Part shown: piece by piece, positions 1 to 13,688 of the stretch
How the letters are laid out: every line of letters starts with the position of its first letter
How positions within the stretch are numbered: position 1 is the first letter of the stretch
Source: Massalongia carnosa
Taxonomy: Eukaryota
Direction of reading: 5' to 3'
Assembly: GCA_965645245.1 (NCBI GenBank)
Contig: OZ287072.1
Span: forward strand, 1,922,001 to 1,986,000
DNA length: 64,000 nt
Notes under the pieces: model-generated
The model's input: the letters and a program-made list of their open reading frames with translations, nothing else
What the model was told of the DNA's origin: nothing
Database searches by the model: none
Translations under genes and position numbers: made by a program

Positions 1-2259
1 TAATATTACATTATTATATTATTATCACATCATAAATCATTGCTATCTATATCTACAATGGATTCTGTATCCTTACAAACACGTATTAGTGATGCTAAAA
101 CATTCTTGTTGGAAAATCCTGACGAACGAACTGCATGCGCAGCTCAGATATTCAAAATTCGGCCTACAACGTTGTACAGCTCTATTGCGACTGATAAGAA
201 ATCTTCTTCCAGTGCAAAAAGTGCAAGAGGTGGACAAAACAAGATACTTGAGGAGCATCAAGTAAAAGCGATTCATCACTTTATTCGATCCTTACTTGCA
301 CAAGGTATTCAACCATCGCACGGAGTTGTATTCAATGCAATTGTCAGTTTAAAACGCGGGCAAAATCCTGAGTCGAGTGGACCTACTTTACGCTGGTTCA
401 GAACATGGTGGAAAAAGAATAACCTACACAAGATCAAGACTAAGCCATTAGCAATGATACGATTCACCGCTGCACAAGAGAAGGATATACAAGCATGGTT
501 TGTAGATTATAGACAAGCTTTAAAGACGTTACAGATCAAAACAAAGAAGAATATCGTCAATTTCGATGAGGCAGGCTTTCGTGTTGGGTGTATGAAAGGG
601 CATCAAATTCTGGCACCCACAGACGTATTAGAAGTTAGATTCTATATTCTTATTCATTTATTCAGCAAGTTAAATATATATTTTAGTTCTATGCGATAAG
701 TCCTGAAAATCGTAAATCTCTCACGATATTTGAATGCATCAATGCAGCGGGCGACTATCCTCCACCACCTTTAATTCTTATACAAGGACATGAAATCATG
801 CTGGACTGGTTTTCAAAAGAGCTGCCAAAGGGAACTCGAATTATACCTTCAGAAAACGGATTTACCTCTGACAAGATAGCACAGGTGTTTCTTCAGCATT
901 ATATTGATCATTCAGACTCTGGACCAGAAGCAGACTGGAAAATAATGCTCATGGATAATCATGGCAGTCATTGTACTCCTGAGTTCATAGCTCTTGCTAA
1001 TATAAATCACATTCGTCCTTATCCGCTTATACCGCATCTTACACACTGTATGCAGCCGCTTGATGTTGGAGTATTTCAACCTTATAAACACTGGCATGAT
1101 ATGGCAATTCAAGATGCTCTACTGGAATTCAATGTTGAGTATACATTACAGCGATTTCTTGCGGATCTTAGTAAGATACGTGATAATACTTTCAAGAAAT
1201 ATACTATTCGAAGTGCTTTTGAGAAATCAGGAATGTGGCCTGTTAATGCTAAAAACTGCATCTCATTGCTTAAAACTTTCAAGCCGCCTGATGCTCAAGA
1301 AAAGCTACATAATAAAGAAAAAGAGCCCACTCTTCCAATCTTGCCTCATATTCAGCCAACATCCTCAATGGATATTGAAATAGGACTTCAAACATGGCAG
1401 AAGAAAATTCAACAAGGAATGTTGTGGAGTGATCCGGCTCGCTCAGAGCAATTTGAGTCGTTTGTTAATGATACAAAAACCGTTTGTACACAAGCTACGT
1501 TTAATGATATTCAATTATCTATATATCAGAAAAGAAGAGAAGATGACTTAAAACAGAAATCTACCTCTCGTAAGCGATTACGAACCTTAGGTTCAGGATT
1601 AGGGCTTACTAAAGAGAATGCTGAGGAGATGATTGCAGCAAAGGAAAAACAAGCTAAAGAAACAGAAGCAAAGAAGCAGCATCAGACATGGATGAAGATT
1701 TGGCGTATGGAAAGAGACGCCAAATATGCCGAAGGAGTGATTGCTCGAAAGCAAGAAAGAAATCGTTTACGACAAATTAAAGAGCTTTCAAAACAAGATC
1801 TTGCTATTTCCTCCGAGCATCTTATTCCTATTCCCGATCCCGAAGCAATTTGGAAGGCAACAGATGTTACTTGGCAAGAAGAAGAGAGAAAGAAAGCGAA
1901 AAAGACTAAATCTCAAGTATATAATGAAGATGAAGATGAAGATGAGGCGGAGACAACATTCATCACAGATGTTACAGGTGATTCTTCTTTGCAAAGAGAT
2001 TTTCTGCCGTTTGATGAAGACGATACTGATGGAGGCAACGAGTCTGACAATGATGTACAAGAACAATTAGGATATTACTAGGTTTCAGCTCTTTATTAAA
2101 GCGGCAATAGTAATTTAACGATATGATAATAAATAATAATGTGATAGTAAATGTAATAGTAATTTAAATGATGTGGTGGTGCTTTAGTGATGTGGTGGTG
2201 GTTTAACGTTGCGAGCCTACGAAGCTTCGCTTTCCTACGAAGTTTGCTTTCCCCGACTA
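1..2259 (+). mobile_element. Fot1/pogo-type Tc1-mariner DNA transposon; left end lies outside the window
   Basis: Contains a DDE transposase. The right end has a duplicated CTACGAAG(C/T)TT(C)GCTTTC motif ending ...CCCCGAC-TA (~2217-2259), as expected for a TIR with internal direct repeats plus a TA target site. AT-rich 1-45 is an imperfect inverted copy of ~2110-2150. Confidence 0.85.
58..2081 (+). CDS. pogo/Fot1-family DDE transposase with one intron (634-686)
   Basis: N-terminal HTH/CENP-B-like region and catalytic motifs NFDEAGF, MDNHGSH, QPLDVGVF. A GT..TTTTAG intron at 634-686 joins ORF 40-699 in frame with ORF 798-2081. Confidence 0.9.
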
Positions 2260-3125
2260 GAAGCGAATGCTTCTTGGAGGGAGAGGATTAAGCGAGCGAC
2301 TAGCCGACGATTAATGGCTGTTTCAAGCTTAATTAACGTCGGAGCGTAAACGAGCCAAATCAGATAGGTGTTTCATTTCATCCGTTCCTTTCTAACCCTT
2401 TCCTACTCAGCATCAATAGCGCTGGGGAGTATACTCGAACTCGTCTGTGGTCTGTTTTTGTTTTCCTTTCTCGGTTCTTTTTTTCTTTCTTCTAGACTGG
2501 GGTCTGGAAAGAGGGAAGGGAGGGGATTGCGGGAGCGTGTTTGAGTTGGCACGAAAATGAGCGTCAGATCAAGCACTGCGGCTTTATTTTCCTTTTAGGA
2601 TCGGAGCAGCGGTTTGGCTTGACGGTGATTTTTAGGTGGCGTGCGCAAAGGGTCTCTCTAAGAAGGGAGGAAAGGGCTGAAACGGAGCTTAGGAGATGGG
2701 TGGCGGGATGACAGATAGACGAGGCTTTCTTTTCTTTTTTCTTTTTTCTTTTTTCTTTGGCTTTGACGATGACTGTTCGGTGAGATTTGGGGTTCAAGAG
2801 TGGTTCGGTGCGATTGATTTGATAGGCAGAAGAGAACCAAAGGCGGATGGCAGCGACGACGTCAAAGCAATGGTTGGTCTGCCATCCAGCGAGCTGGCGA
2901 CCGAAAAAAGCCGTTCATATTCGTGATTAGAAACACACCTTCACCGAATAGCTCCGAAGAAGAGGTTTGTCGATAAATTAGGATATACTTTGAACGGATT
3001 TTCAACTAAAAAGATAAAATAATCCACATCACATAACCAACAATACCTCCTTCCTCCGTAAGACCCTGGCCGGAAACGTTCTGGCCTAAAAGATAACTCC
3101 TCCTTTAGCTTCTCCGAGAACCCGA

Positions 3126-6100
3126 CTATTCATCCATCTCGGCGTCGGTGGCTTTGGGCGCAATAAAGTAACGCCCTTGTCCGCCATTTCCGTCGCCTTC
3201 GTGCTGGATGGCAACCTTGCTCTGCAGAATACGTCAGCATTGCGTAAGCTACCCCAAAAGGGACATGTGCCCCAAGGGAACACAAACCAAACTAGCAATG
3301 ATGTTCTCCACGTTCGTATCCTGGCGGCTGCGGTTCTTACGGCCAATATTGTCAAGCCAGGAAATTTTGTTCATCAGATAGTAGACGATGGCGATGACGA
3401 TGGTGACGGCAATGGAGTAGATCCAGATCACCACAGCGGTAACAACGCTAGTACGACCATTGGCTTCAAAGTGGGCGCGGTCGCGGGGGTTCGTGTCATA
3501 GTGGTCGCCCGAGAGCCAGCCGAAGATGCAGAAGAAAGTAGATAGGACGTCCACGCCGAGGATAGCTCCAACCCTATATCGTAGACGCGGTTATCAGCAC
3601 AATGCCGGTATGCTTGACACCACGGTGTATACACACAATTGCCACGAAGGCCAAGTTTCACCGCCTCGAGTGACAAAGATCAGCCAATTCTCCGTTAGGG
3701 AGATTTCCAAGAAGAGAAGTTCTTGCGGATAGCCAAAATTTTGGATAAGTCCTCCGTTGGGCAGGAACAACGAAGCTCGCATGATCCAGGTGCCAATTGC
3801 CAGCAAAGCACCCAAAGTGACTGAAATGATCCAGATCTTCGGGAGTTGCCACTCAACAGGTCGAGCTTCAAAGTGTGCGTTGTCGTAGGCGACGGCAATG
3901 GTTGCTAAATCGGCGAAGAGGGCCAGGAATACGACGAGTTCGACGCTGAGGACTTCGTTGATGATGCAGATGGAAGTGACCAAGTAGATTTCTAGATGAA
4001 AACAGAGGGCGATACGGTATTGAATATATGCCTTCATGCGTTGGAAAATCTGCCTTGCGATCTTGATGGCGCTGACAATGGTGCTCAGTCCAGGTGCAAG
4101 GAAGACGATATCAGCGGCAGCCTTGAAGCAATGGAATCAGCATCGCTACCCTGATGTTTAAAAAATGTACTGCTCACCTGTGCCGCTTCCGAAGCTCCTT
4201 CTACAGCAATACCACAATCCGATTTCTTCAATGAGGGGGCGTCGTTTACACCATCACCTATACAAAATTTAGAATCATGCATACTAGACCCCACATCGTC
4301 TAGCCAGGTTCACAGAGCATACCGGTCATAGCAGTCAAATGCCCGCGTTGTTGCAGCATCTCGACGACCTGATACTTGTGTTCTGGGAATACTTCAGCGA
4401 AGCCATCCGCGCGTTCAACCAAATCGTGTTGTGTAGTTCCACTGAGACCTCCATGAATGAGTCTCTCAGAATTGAACACTTTCGTACCCAGGGCAAGCAT
4501 TTTACAGGTTTCTTTAGCAATAGCGATAGCATCACCAGTCAGCATCTTCACGGATAGGCCGAGAAATTGGGCTTCGGCGATAGTCTGGGCAGTGTCTTCA
4601 CGAGGTGGATCGAACATGGACAACATCCCAAGCAAATGCCAGTCTTCGTCGCCCTTTTTCACCGCAACACCAAGGGAGCGGAATCCACGGCGAGCGAACT
4701 CGGCAGCTTTATTCTTGAACAAGTCCGATGTTTCTTTGGTGCAATTGGAAATTGCTAAAATTGCTTTGGGTGCTCCTTTGGCACATGTGTACCTAACTCC
4801 ATTGAGAGTGCAGACGGCGGTGATGCGCTTCGACACTGGATCGAAGGGAGTGTATAGCTCCGTTTTCCATCCTTCTTCCAAAATCTCCCGTGCCTTTGGG
4901 TAACGTTTCAAAGTAAGAATTGTAACCTTGTCGATAGGGTCCAAAGATTTGATGTTATGGGACGAAGCCAACGCCGCAACAGCCATCATCCAATTCGGCT
5001 AAAAGTGTTAGCAAACCATCGTATTCTTCGATAATCAAATGCCTTACATCAACCCCTTCAGCAACGTATGGATCGCGTATGCTGAGCTGATTGGCGGTAA
5101 GAGTACCCGTCTTATCGGAGCAGAGGACGTCGACTCCCTAAAAGCATTAGTACCGTCAAGGAAATTCAATTGCCACAGATAACAAACAGCTAATGATTCA
5201 ATGGCTGTCAATTTTTGTACAATGGCCTTTTCTTTGGCAAGGTAGGCGGCTCCAACAGCCAACGTGGTTGTGGTAACAACTGGGAGACCGACCGGTACAC
5301 CAACAATGAGCAGTATCAAAATATAGTGAAGGAGGTTATTAGAGCTCTTTTCTGGAGTAGCAAGCTCGACATGGTGGAAAAACCCCTGGAGATTTTCAGA
5401 GAGGTAAAGTATGCTCGATCAAACCCACTTACGCCAATCCAGCTAATGAGAATCCAGAGAACGACGACGACGAGAAGAGCAGTGCCTTATTTTGTCAGCA
5501 AATTCGGGGATTTTCATGATCGGGTCGAAGAAAAGGATTCTAGTCATTCGGCTCAGCAGGGGTAATCACCAATTGAGTTCATGATAGCCTTGAAATGGCC
5601 TTGATCTTTTGCACCTTGAACGAGACTTGCTGTCCTGCCAACGAAGCTGTATCGAGCAGAAGCGGTGACAACCGCATAAGCTTTGCCGCGCTTGCATCCA
5701 CTATTGAACGTTAGCCATCAACTCCCGCTCGGAGTGGTATAAAAACTAGCGTTGTATAGTACTACAATTCTGTTAGCAATGGCCGATCATGATTCACCGG
5801 ACAAACTTACAAGGATGTCGCCCTGGACACACCCCCGACGTTAGTATTCCCAGTGGATTCCATCGGATTGAAGGTACCCACCATGTATTTGTCTACAGCA
5901 AGCGACTCGCCAGTAATGGCAGATTGATCGCAAGCTACAATTGTCGTGCCATGATGCTTGTCCTCATCGTCCGCATCTCCAGCTTCAGCCTCAGCTTCGT
6001 TCTTTTCCTTAGGCACGTCTTCTTCTTCAAGATGCATCTCCTTGTATTCGGCGAACGCCTCCGGATTCTCGTAGCCACAGATGAGTCTTGCATCCGCCGG

Positions 6101-6944
6101 AATGACTGAACCTTCTTCAACGATTATCTACCAATCATAAGCATCTGTACCGATATACGGAAGGCACAGCGTACAATATCTCCAGGAACGATTTCACGGG
6201 CTTTGATATCCTGCTCGGTGCCATCCCGAATGACCGTCGCCCTTAGGGCAATGTCTCCCCTCAGGCTAGCGACCACGTCTGCAGCTTGTTTTTCCTGATA
6301 CCAGCCCACGCCTGCATTGAGTAATAGGATCGCAATGATGACGCCGAAGTCGATCCAATCCCGAAGTCCAGCAGCCAGAAGGACAGCAAGTTCCATGACT
6401 AGATTGCAGGTCAGCGATTTCTTCTACAGACATGCGGACCTGCCTTACCATATAGAATAGGACCGGAAAAGTACGAGAGAAATTTCAGGAACTGCTCGGA
6501 CATCAGCAAAGCTCTAGCTCTCTCTCTGTCTTCTCTAGACCTCTCCGATAGGACCAAACGTACCATGTTTTCCTTTTCTGTAGTGAGCTCATTAAACCCC
6601 GCTCTTCTCCGTCGAATTTCTACATCGCTCGACCTTAATCCTTGGCGGATATCAGTCAGCAGCCATTCGTCCGGCACCTCGAAGGTGCTCTCGTTCGGTC
6701 CCTTCTTGGATTTGCGCCAAAAGGCCCACCAAGGCTTCTTGGGCGTCTCGTCGATGATATCACCATCGGCCGAGACGGCAACACTCGACCGTCGCCTACC
6801 ATCACGATAGGTGGAGATGTATTTGACCAGGTTGATGTACTCTTCGTTGCCTTGGAAATTGGGTTCCGGGTGTAGGTGTTTACGCTTCTCTTCCTCGCTA
6901 GCCAGGCCATTTTCCATGTCAAAGGTGATGTTTGGAGGCGCCAT
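3126..6944 (-). CDS. Plasma-membrane P-type H+-ATPase (Pma family), multi-exon
   Basis: Motifs [51 protein letters not shown] across spliced exons. The last exon ends ...[12 protein letters not shown] at 3126. Confidence 0.95.
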
Positions 6945-7169
6945 GAGGGAAAACGACACGACTGGCGCCGAGATGAAGAGGGGGAGCGGAACGGGAGAAG
7001 GGATGAAAGCGAACGAGGTGTGTCGTGGGGATTGCTTTAAGTAGGGGAGCTTCAGTGATTCACTAAACCAGCCATTGACCTATCGATGCCGATCCTGGAA
7101 TGCCGCTCGAACATCCGACCGGACGAGGAAAACCGCTCATAGTCAGACTTATTTAATATTATTACTCTG

Positions 7170-7204
<35 letters not shown>
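7170..7204. repeat. (TAT)n microsatellite
   Basis: Direct reading. Confidence 0.9.
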
Positions 7205-8430
7205 TGCCTCGCAGCGAACAAAGATTTCATGCACGACTGCGGTCTAACCGACACGGCCATTGATGCTATTTACAAGATCTCATAGCGTGGACGTATTATG
7301 AGTTGAATCGATTCCTGCTCTCCTTTGCCCGTGATCCCTCCAGTGCTTGACGATGAATGGGAAGAAATTGCACGATTCACGAGTATCAGCTTGTTGCCTG
7401 TTTTGTACTAGCGGAATCAACCTAACGCTTTACCCCGCTGCTTTAGGAATTGTGTGATTTGATGGCAAATAAATCCTTCATCTCCTGGGTAATATTGCCA
7501 ATCAAAGCCCATTGGGCGCTATGCTTATGCCACGCACTATACACCGCCTCGAGTCACTGCAAGAGAGACAGTCAACGTCAGGAGTAATTGACAGTCGATG
7601 AGGGTAATATCCTCGCGCAATTGATGGTGTACCAAGTACTCTGCAAGTACAGAGTACTCGGTACTCCCCCAAAGTCGGCTAAATGTTTGTTTACATGCGG
7701 CAGGGCATTCTTACGTCAGTGGGTACGGAGTACATCTCCCCCCTGTCGGGTAATGCGAAAAGATGTAAGCGAGGCGAAAGATAAGCTTCGGTTAGCCCCA
7801 GGCCGTACATGCAAGGTATGATAAGGCGGGCTTCCAGCTGTCTAGGCGGCCATGGAAATAACACCTCTCGGCATCCACATACCGAGGGCTCGTTATGCGA
7901 TGAGCATCTACCCAAAGGGACCCAAAGGGACTTGTGTCATTACTGTGTACTCATAGGAAGCTATCCGCCAGAACGAGGAGGTCGAGGAGGCGGGCAGAAG
8001 AATCGGCCCGATTCTTCGTAGTAAGGATTCGTATCCACTTCTTTGCAATTGCAAGGATGCTTAAACATGCTACGTCATTTACCTTTTCCGGCTGATAAAA
8101 CAAAACACGTGGCGAAAAAGACCGTTGTCATCCCATATTCGACGTCCAATGCGAATGGTGGTGAAAAGCCATAGGATCCTTGGTTTTCTTCATGAAATCA
8201 CTCAGGCGTCAGTACAGAGTACAGAGTATTGAATCGAAAGCCCAAACCAACACCAAAGTTAGGGTTGAGCTTCATACACTCGGAAACCCAATTTGTAACT
8301 TACAGAATATGGAAAATGCAAAATACTCATCATGCCTCCTCATAAGTTCGTCAATAGTACTTCCAGGAAAAGCAATATAAGGCGATGCATTTTTCAGGAT
8401 GTGAGGTTTGATCACGAATGAAATACTAAA

Positions 8431-8511
8431 GACTTGAGAATTGAGAATTGAGACTTGAGACTTGAGACTTGAGAATTGGGAATTGGGAATTGGGAACTGG
8501 GAATTGGGAAT
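8431..8511. repeat. 7-bp tandem repeat grading GAGAATT / GAGACTT / GGGAATT
   Basis: About 11 degenerate heptamer units. Confidence 0.85.
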
Positions 8512-8909
8512 AGAGCTGCTTTTCATGCTGCGCTAACAGCCCAAACGTGCCAATGGTGCCAATGATGTTTCGCCTAAATTAGTAGCTTAGGGTAACGGGA
8601 TGACCACTTTCGGGCCGTGCTTCTATGCGGGCGGGGGTACCTGGCCGCGGGCAAGATGCCCCAATTGACTCATTTCTCCGCATAAAATCATGTACCTAAG
8701 AAATGCACCACCATCCAAGCGTTCAAACGAGCCAATAGAAGAGAATGGCGCTGTTTATGAGACTCCGAATGACTAAGGTAGCTATGAAGGGGAGATCCAC
8801 TCTTCGGCGAGGCTCCGAGAACGAGAATTATAAAGTATACGTGTGTGTCCTCCTGCGAGATAATACATCCTGGCAGCTGCGGTGGAGCTGTTTGCAATTC
8901 CCGGTAAAC

Positions 8910-10749
8910 ATGTTTACCCACATTGCTGCTGGCCTTGCGCTTTGCTTGGCTGCTTGTGCACAGGAACCCGCAAGCCTGCCCTCTGTCGATCTCCAATATG
9001 AGGTCCATCAAGCTTCGTCTCTCAATGTGAGCCATTGAGCTCATATCCCATGTTGCAAGCGCTCATGATACTGTAGTTCGCCGGAGGCTTTTACAACTTC
9101 TCAAACATCAGATACGCGGAACCCCCCGTCGGCGAGCTTCGATTTCGCGCACCGGTCCCACCTCGTGGGAAGAGTAGGACCGTCAATCAAGGGAAAATTG
9201 GAAGAATCTGCCCTCAAGCCAATCCTGCTTGGGGTTTGATCGCCTTTCAGTTTCTCCCTGCTTATCTCACGGGACAGCCGTTCAATTTATCAGCAGCGGA
9301 ACGTACTGTGGCAGCTGCGTTAAGCTTGCCTTCTTCCCCAGACCCCAGAACATCCGAGGATTGCTTGTTTCTGGACGTCATTGTGCCGCAAAAGATTTTC
9401 GACGAGAGAAAGCAGCCACAAAAATCTACTGTGCCCACGCTGGTCTGGCTATACGGTGGTGGCTTCACGAGTGGAGAGAAGACAGGCAGTGGAGGTGGTT
9501 CTTTGTTCAGCCCTGCAGGCCTATTTAATACCAGTAAAGCTGCCGGATCGGAAGGATTTGTTTTTGTTGCGATTAACTACCGGGTGCGACCTTCCAAAAA
9601 TATCCTTCGGGAGCATGCGCTGATACTGCGTTTTAGCTGGGAGCTTTTGGGTGGCTTGCTGGTCCGGATTTGCAAGCGGATGGAACCGCCAACGCTGGAC
9701 TTTACGACCAGAGACTTGCGTTGCAATGGGTTCAGCACAATATTCATCTGTTCGGTGGGGACCCGACCAAAGTGACTGTGATTGGGGAGTCCGCCGGAGG
9801 AGCAAGCATCATGCATCAGATCACAGCTTTCGGTGGGCTCAAAGGGCCGGCACCTTTTCAGCAGGCTATTATCCAAAGTCCTGCGTTTCAGAACCTACCC
9901 AGCAGCTTTCAGCAGCAAAAGGCGTTTCAAAGGTTCCTCTCTTTACTAAACGTGAAGTCGATTGCAGAAGCCAGGAAGTTGCCGTCGAGCGTACTGATCG
10001 CAGCCAATGCCGTACAGGTTGGCTTATCGGACTATGGTTTGTTCTCGTTTGGCCCTGTTGTGGATGGGACTATTGCACCCGCCCTGCCTGGCAGATTGTT
10101 GCTGCAAGGGTCGTTTGATAAAAGGGTCAATGTCATGGTCGGCCACAATGCCAACGAGGGCCTCTTCTTCACCGATCCCGTGGCTTTGAACGACTCCGCT
10201 TATAAAAATTATGTCGAACGCATTTTTCTTGGTATCGACCCCAGCGTGGTGACCTACCTCCAGGACGTTCTCTACCCATCCAATTTCGACGGATCACAAG
10301 GGTACAAAGACCAAATCGGTCGTGCAGCCCTGACCATCGCCGATGCCTCCTTTCAGTAAGTCAAGCCACGAACTGGAGGCTAGACGATCAACTAACGGAT
10401 CATCCTCCAACTCAGATGCAACAACAACTACCTTGACCGAGCCTTCGGTAACCAAACCCACGCCTACCGATACAGCATCCCACCGGCTCTCCACGGCCAA
10501 GACGTCGCTTATACCTTCTTCAACGGCTCCAACCCGGCGGTGCTCAGCCCCCTCATCGCCGTCGCCCTTCAGACCTACATCACCAGTTTCGTCGCCAACG
10601 GCGTGCCGAGCGGTGCCAACCTCCCCACGTTCCCGCTCTATGGCAATAAGAGCCAATTGCTTGACTTGGGCGCGAAAGGCATCACGGTGATCAAAGATCC
10701 GACTGCCAACGCGAGGTGTTTGTGGTGGCAGAAAGCATTATATTATTGA
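8910..10749 (+). CDS. Secreted type-B carboxylesterase/lipase (alpha/beta hydrolase)
   Basis: Signal peptide MFTHIAAGLALCLAACA; motifs SEDCLFLDV, WLYGGGF, NYR-LGAFGW, GESAGG nucleophile elbow, PALHGQD. Introns 9027-9076, 9584-9636, 10356-10415. Confidence 0.93.
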
Positions 10750-12090
10750 GACCTTTATATATTGCGGGGATTTTGAACGCTTTGGATAAGGATTATCATC
10801 ATCATCATCATCAACATCAACAACATATTAATGGCCCTAGAAAATATGGAGTAGTCTAATAGACTCGAAAGATCTTCAGGGAGGGGTTTTCGGGTTTTCA
10901 AAAAATGAATATTCATGTACTTATGACTGCATAACAACCCACCTCCATACCTTCGAGATAGCTACATCACCAATCCACCGCCAATCTTCCATCGAATTCC
11001 CTTTTCATGCCTTCTTTGTCAAGTATGCAATTCTCCTTTCCAATCCTACTTTTTTCTTTACCCTTCATTTCCCCTTCATTTCCCCTTCTTCTTACATCTT
11101 TAACAAGATTGCTCCTATTCGGGGCTAACCATCATCACTATCATCATCATTACTCCCCTCTTATTTCCCCCATTCATTTCGGAACTATTTTATATTTTGG
11201 TTATCTTTCCTTATTCTTCGTTTTTCTCTTTCTTTTCCTTTTTCCTCTTTTTTTCCCTCTCTTCCAATTCCTCTCCTTTATCCACAGAGTTGAATCGAGC
11301 TGTTTTGTAAAGGTTAGGTTTGGAGAGATTCTAAGGTTTTGATTGATTGATTAGCTTTTTGAAAATGCTGAAATGAAGAAAGGAAGAAAACGCGGAAAAG
11401 GGAGGGTTTTCTTTTGGTGGGAGAATCGGAATCACTCGATAAAGAAGATTTCCGGAAAGTGGCTGTTGCTGCTGCTTGCTGCCCGACAATGGGAAGATTG
11501 AACGGATACGTGTTTTATCTGTTTTTCGTCTTCTTTCCTCGGAAGTTTTATCGATCTGCCTTTTTTTTCTTTCTTTCTTATTCTTCCTATTCTACCTTCC
11601 CTCCCGCTCTATCCTGTCCTGTTCTGTCCATGTCTTGGCTTGGGTTGGCTTGACAGACAACTTAGCGCATGTGGGATTTTGGTGAGGGTTATTTGGTTGA
11701 CATGGGATGGGATGGCTGGGCTATTTAAAAAAGAGGGGGGGTAGGTGGGTTCAGCTAACGGTACAAAAGGAATATGGAGCTGGTTTTTATTGGGGGGGGG
11801 GGGGGGGTTTATTGATATTTTTTGACAAGCTTGTACTTTTTTCATATTGTAAATGAGTTCTATGGACGAAAAGACTAAAATTAACGAAATGCAGGTGGGG
11901 TAATGTGTAAAAAGGGAAATAATGATGCAGATATCATCAATGGGAAGGAAATGACCAGATGCTGATTTCATCACCCGGCCAGAATAATTGGAGCAGGTAA
12001 GCAGAAAATGGATGAGGTGATTGATTATTGATAGTAGATAATTGAAAGCCCGATGTCAAAAAAGACGAACGAATCGCTCGTTCTTACACT

Positions 12091-12726
12091 TTATCCAAAA
12101 CTACCATCGGTGTTCTCGTTGTAATTCTAGATCTAGTCTTCAGCGCTATCCGGGTTCGAGCCCTGACAGTCATGGCTAACGGTGAACAAGGCGTAGAGAT
12201 AGCTGTCGAAGTTCCACACAGACCCCTCGCGCACCGAGACCACGAAGTTGACATCAGCGAGTTGGCCATTAGAGTTGACGAAGTGCTACCAGCTACCGTC
12301 AGTGGCGTAATAGCAGGAGCGCATCTGAGAGAAAGAGCCGCCGTTCAGCTAGGACATGCCCGAGTCTAGCTGGCTGATGGGCACCTAGGTGCCTTGGCCG
12401 TGATGATTTTTGGACTGCCGCTTAGCGAGCTAGCGACTCGCGATGGGGGCGGCGAAGAGTTTGGGATCCTTTTGCTCGTAGCCCAGGAGGATGGTGTTGT
12501 CGACAGGGAGGCCATCAAAGGTACTGTTGGGGTAAAGGTCGATGGCGCGGATTGGGACCCATTCTTCGGAACGAGAAGAGACGTTTGTTGCTGTTGGCAC
12601 TGGAGCGGTGATGCTTGAGTGGACAAAAAGAGTGGCAAGGATGAGAGAGGTGATTTGGAGCAGGCCGGTTGCCTTTTTGGTAGAAGATAAGGGAAAAGAG
12701 ACATTGAGCTAGGAGACATGGAACAT
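12091..12726 (-). pseudogene. Small secreted prepro-protein relic with multiple in-frame TAG stops
   Basis: One frame from ATG 12726 reads MFHVS*LNVSFPLSSTKKATGLLQITSLILATLFVHSSITAPVPT...SR*LAKRQSK...GT*VPISQLDSGMS*LNG...DGSW*HF...HDCQGSNPDSAED*I*NY. Hydrophobic signal-like segment, Kex2-like KR, 7 TAG stops, no frameshift. Confidence 0.7.
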
Positions 12727-13688
12727 GGCCTATAATGCTATGATGTGAAGGCTTGTAGAGTAGATTACTAAGGACGAAGGCTTATAGAAGGCGGTCTTGA
12801 AGAATGGAGATAATGCTCAAGGATGATGGCGATAGAAGTATACTAAAGCCCTGTACTTATGCCATCTCTCCATTCTCCCCAGCTCCTCCACCGAGATACT
12901 CACAGTGCCTGTTGCAGAGACTGAAGGTCATTGTCATGAATGAGTCATGTTCGGCCATCCCCTAGCTAAACGTGTAAATCCTCTGAGCATTCTCGAAGCT
13001 TTGATATCGAGGCTATCACAATGGAGAACACTAAATGGCTAGCCTTTTTAGTTGTGGAATAGTCCTCAGCTGTTAGCTAGTATCTCACATTAGCTGGAGC
13101 TTGGATTTTCTGCCTTGAAGCTCTGCAAGCTAGCTTAACGTTCGATCTGACGATGATCTTCAGTTCTCCCAACTATGGAATATGTTCAATGTCCTTGAGG
13201 TTTGCCTTCGAAAAAGCTACAAATCTCCTCACGTAGCTCGTGCGCTACGACATGACGGGCATCACATCCAATCGATGCTGAACATAAGTCGACATGTTCT
13301 GGAAATAGCAACTCGGATAGGTTTCTCGAGGGGATTTTAGCATAGTGGTTGGGTTAGTCACGAAGAAAAAGATGTTACTAAGGAGATGGAAGTGATTCCC
13401 AACAAGGGGATCAGGATGGAAGTAGTATTCTGTAGGGTTTAGTTAGGGTTTAGTCATTAGGGCTCAACAAGGGCCGAGGCGCACCTGATATGACGTACAA
13501 GCACTGAGTACTCTGTACGGGTACGGCTGTACGCTACAATTGCCTTGAAAAAGAAAACACAAGAAAACACAAGGCATAGTTAAGGCACGGTCTATTGTTG
13601 GAACAGATGCTCTTGTTGGAAATGTATCGAAGGGTCCTTTCCCCTACATCAACACACAAAAGAATTTCTTCCCAGGTGAATAGGTGAT

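Noticed and set aside
2300..2930. Short Lys-rich ORFs downstream of the ATPase
   Set aside because: Derived from T-rich low-complexity sequence; the ATPase already ends at 3126
13432..13462. Interstitial telomeric repeat (TAGGGTTTAGTTAGGGTTTAG...TTAGGG)
   Set aside because: Only about three broken units; at most a promoter telobox-like word
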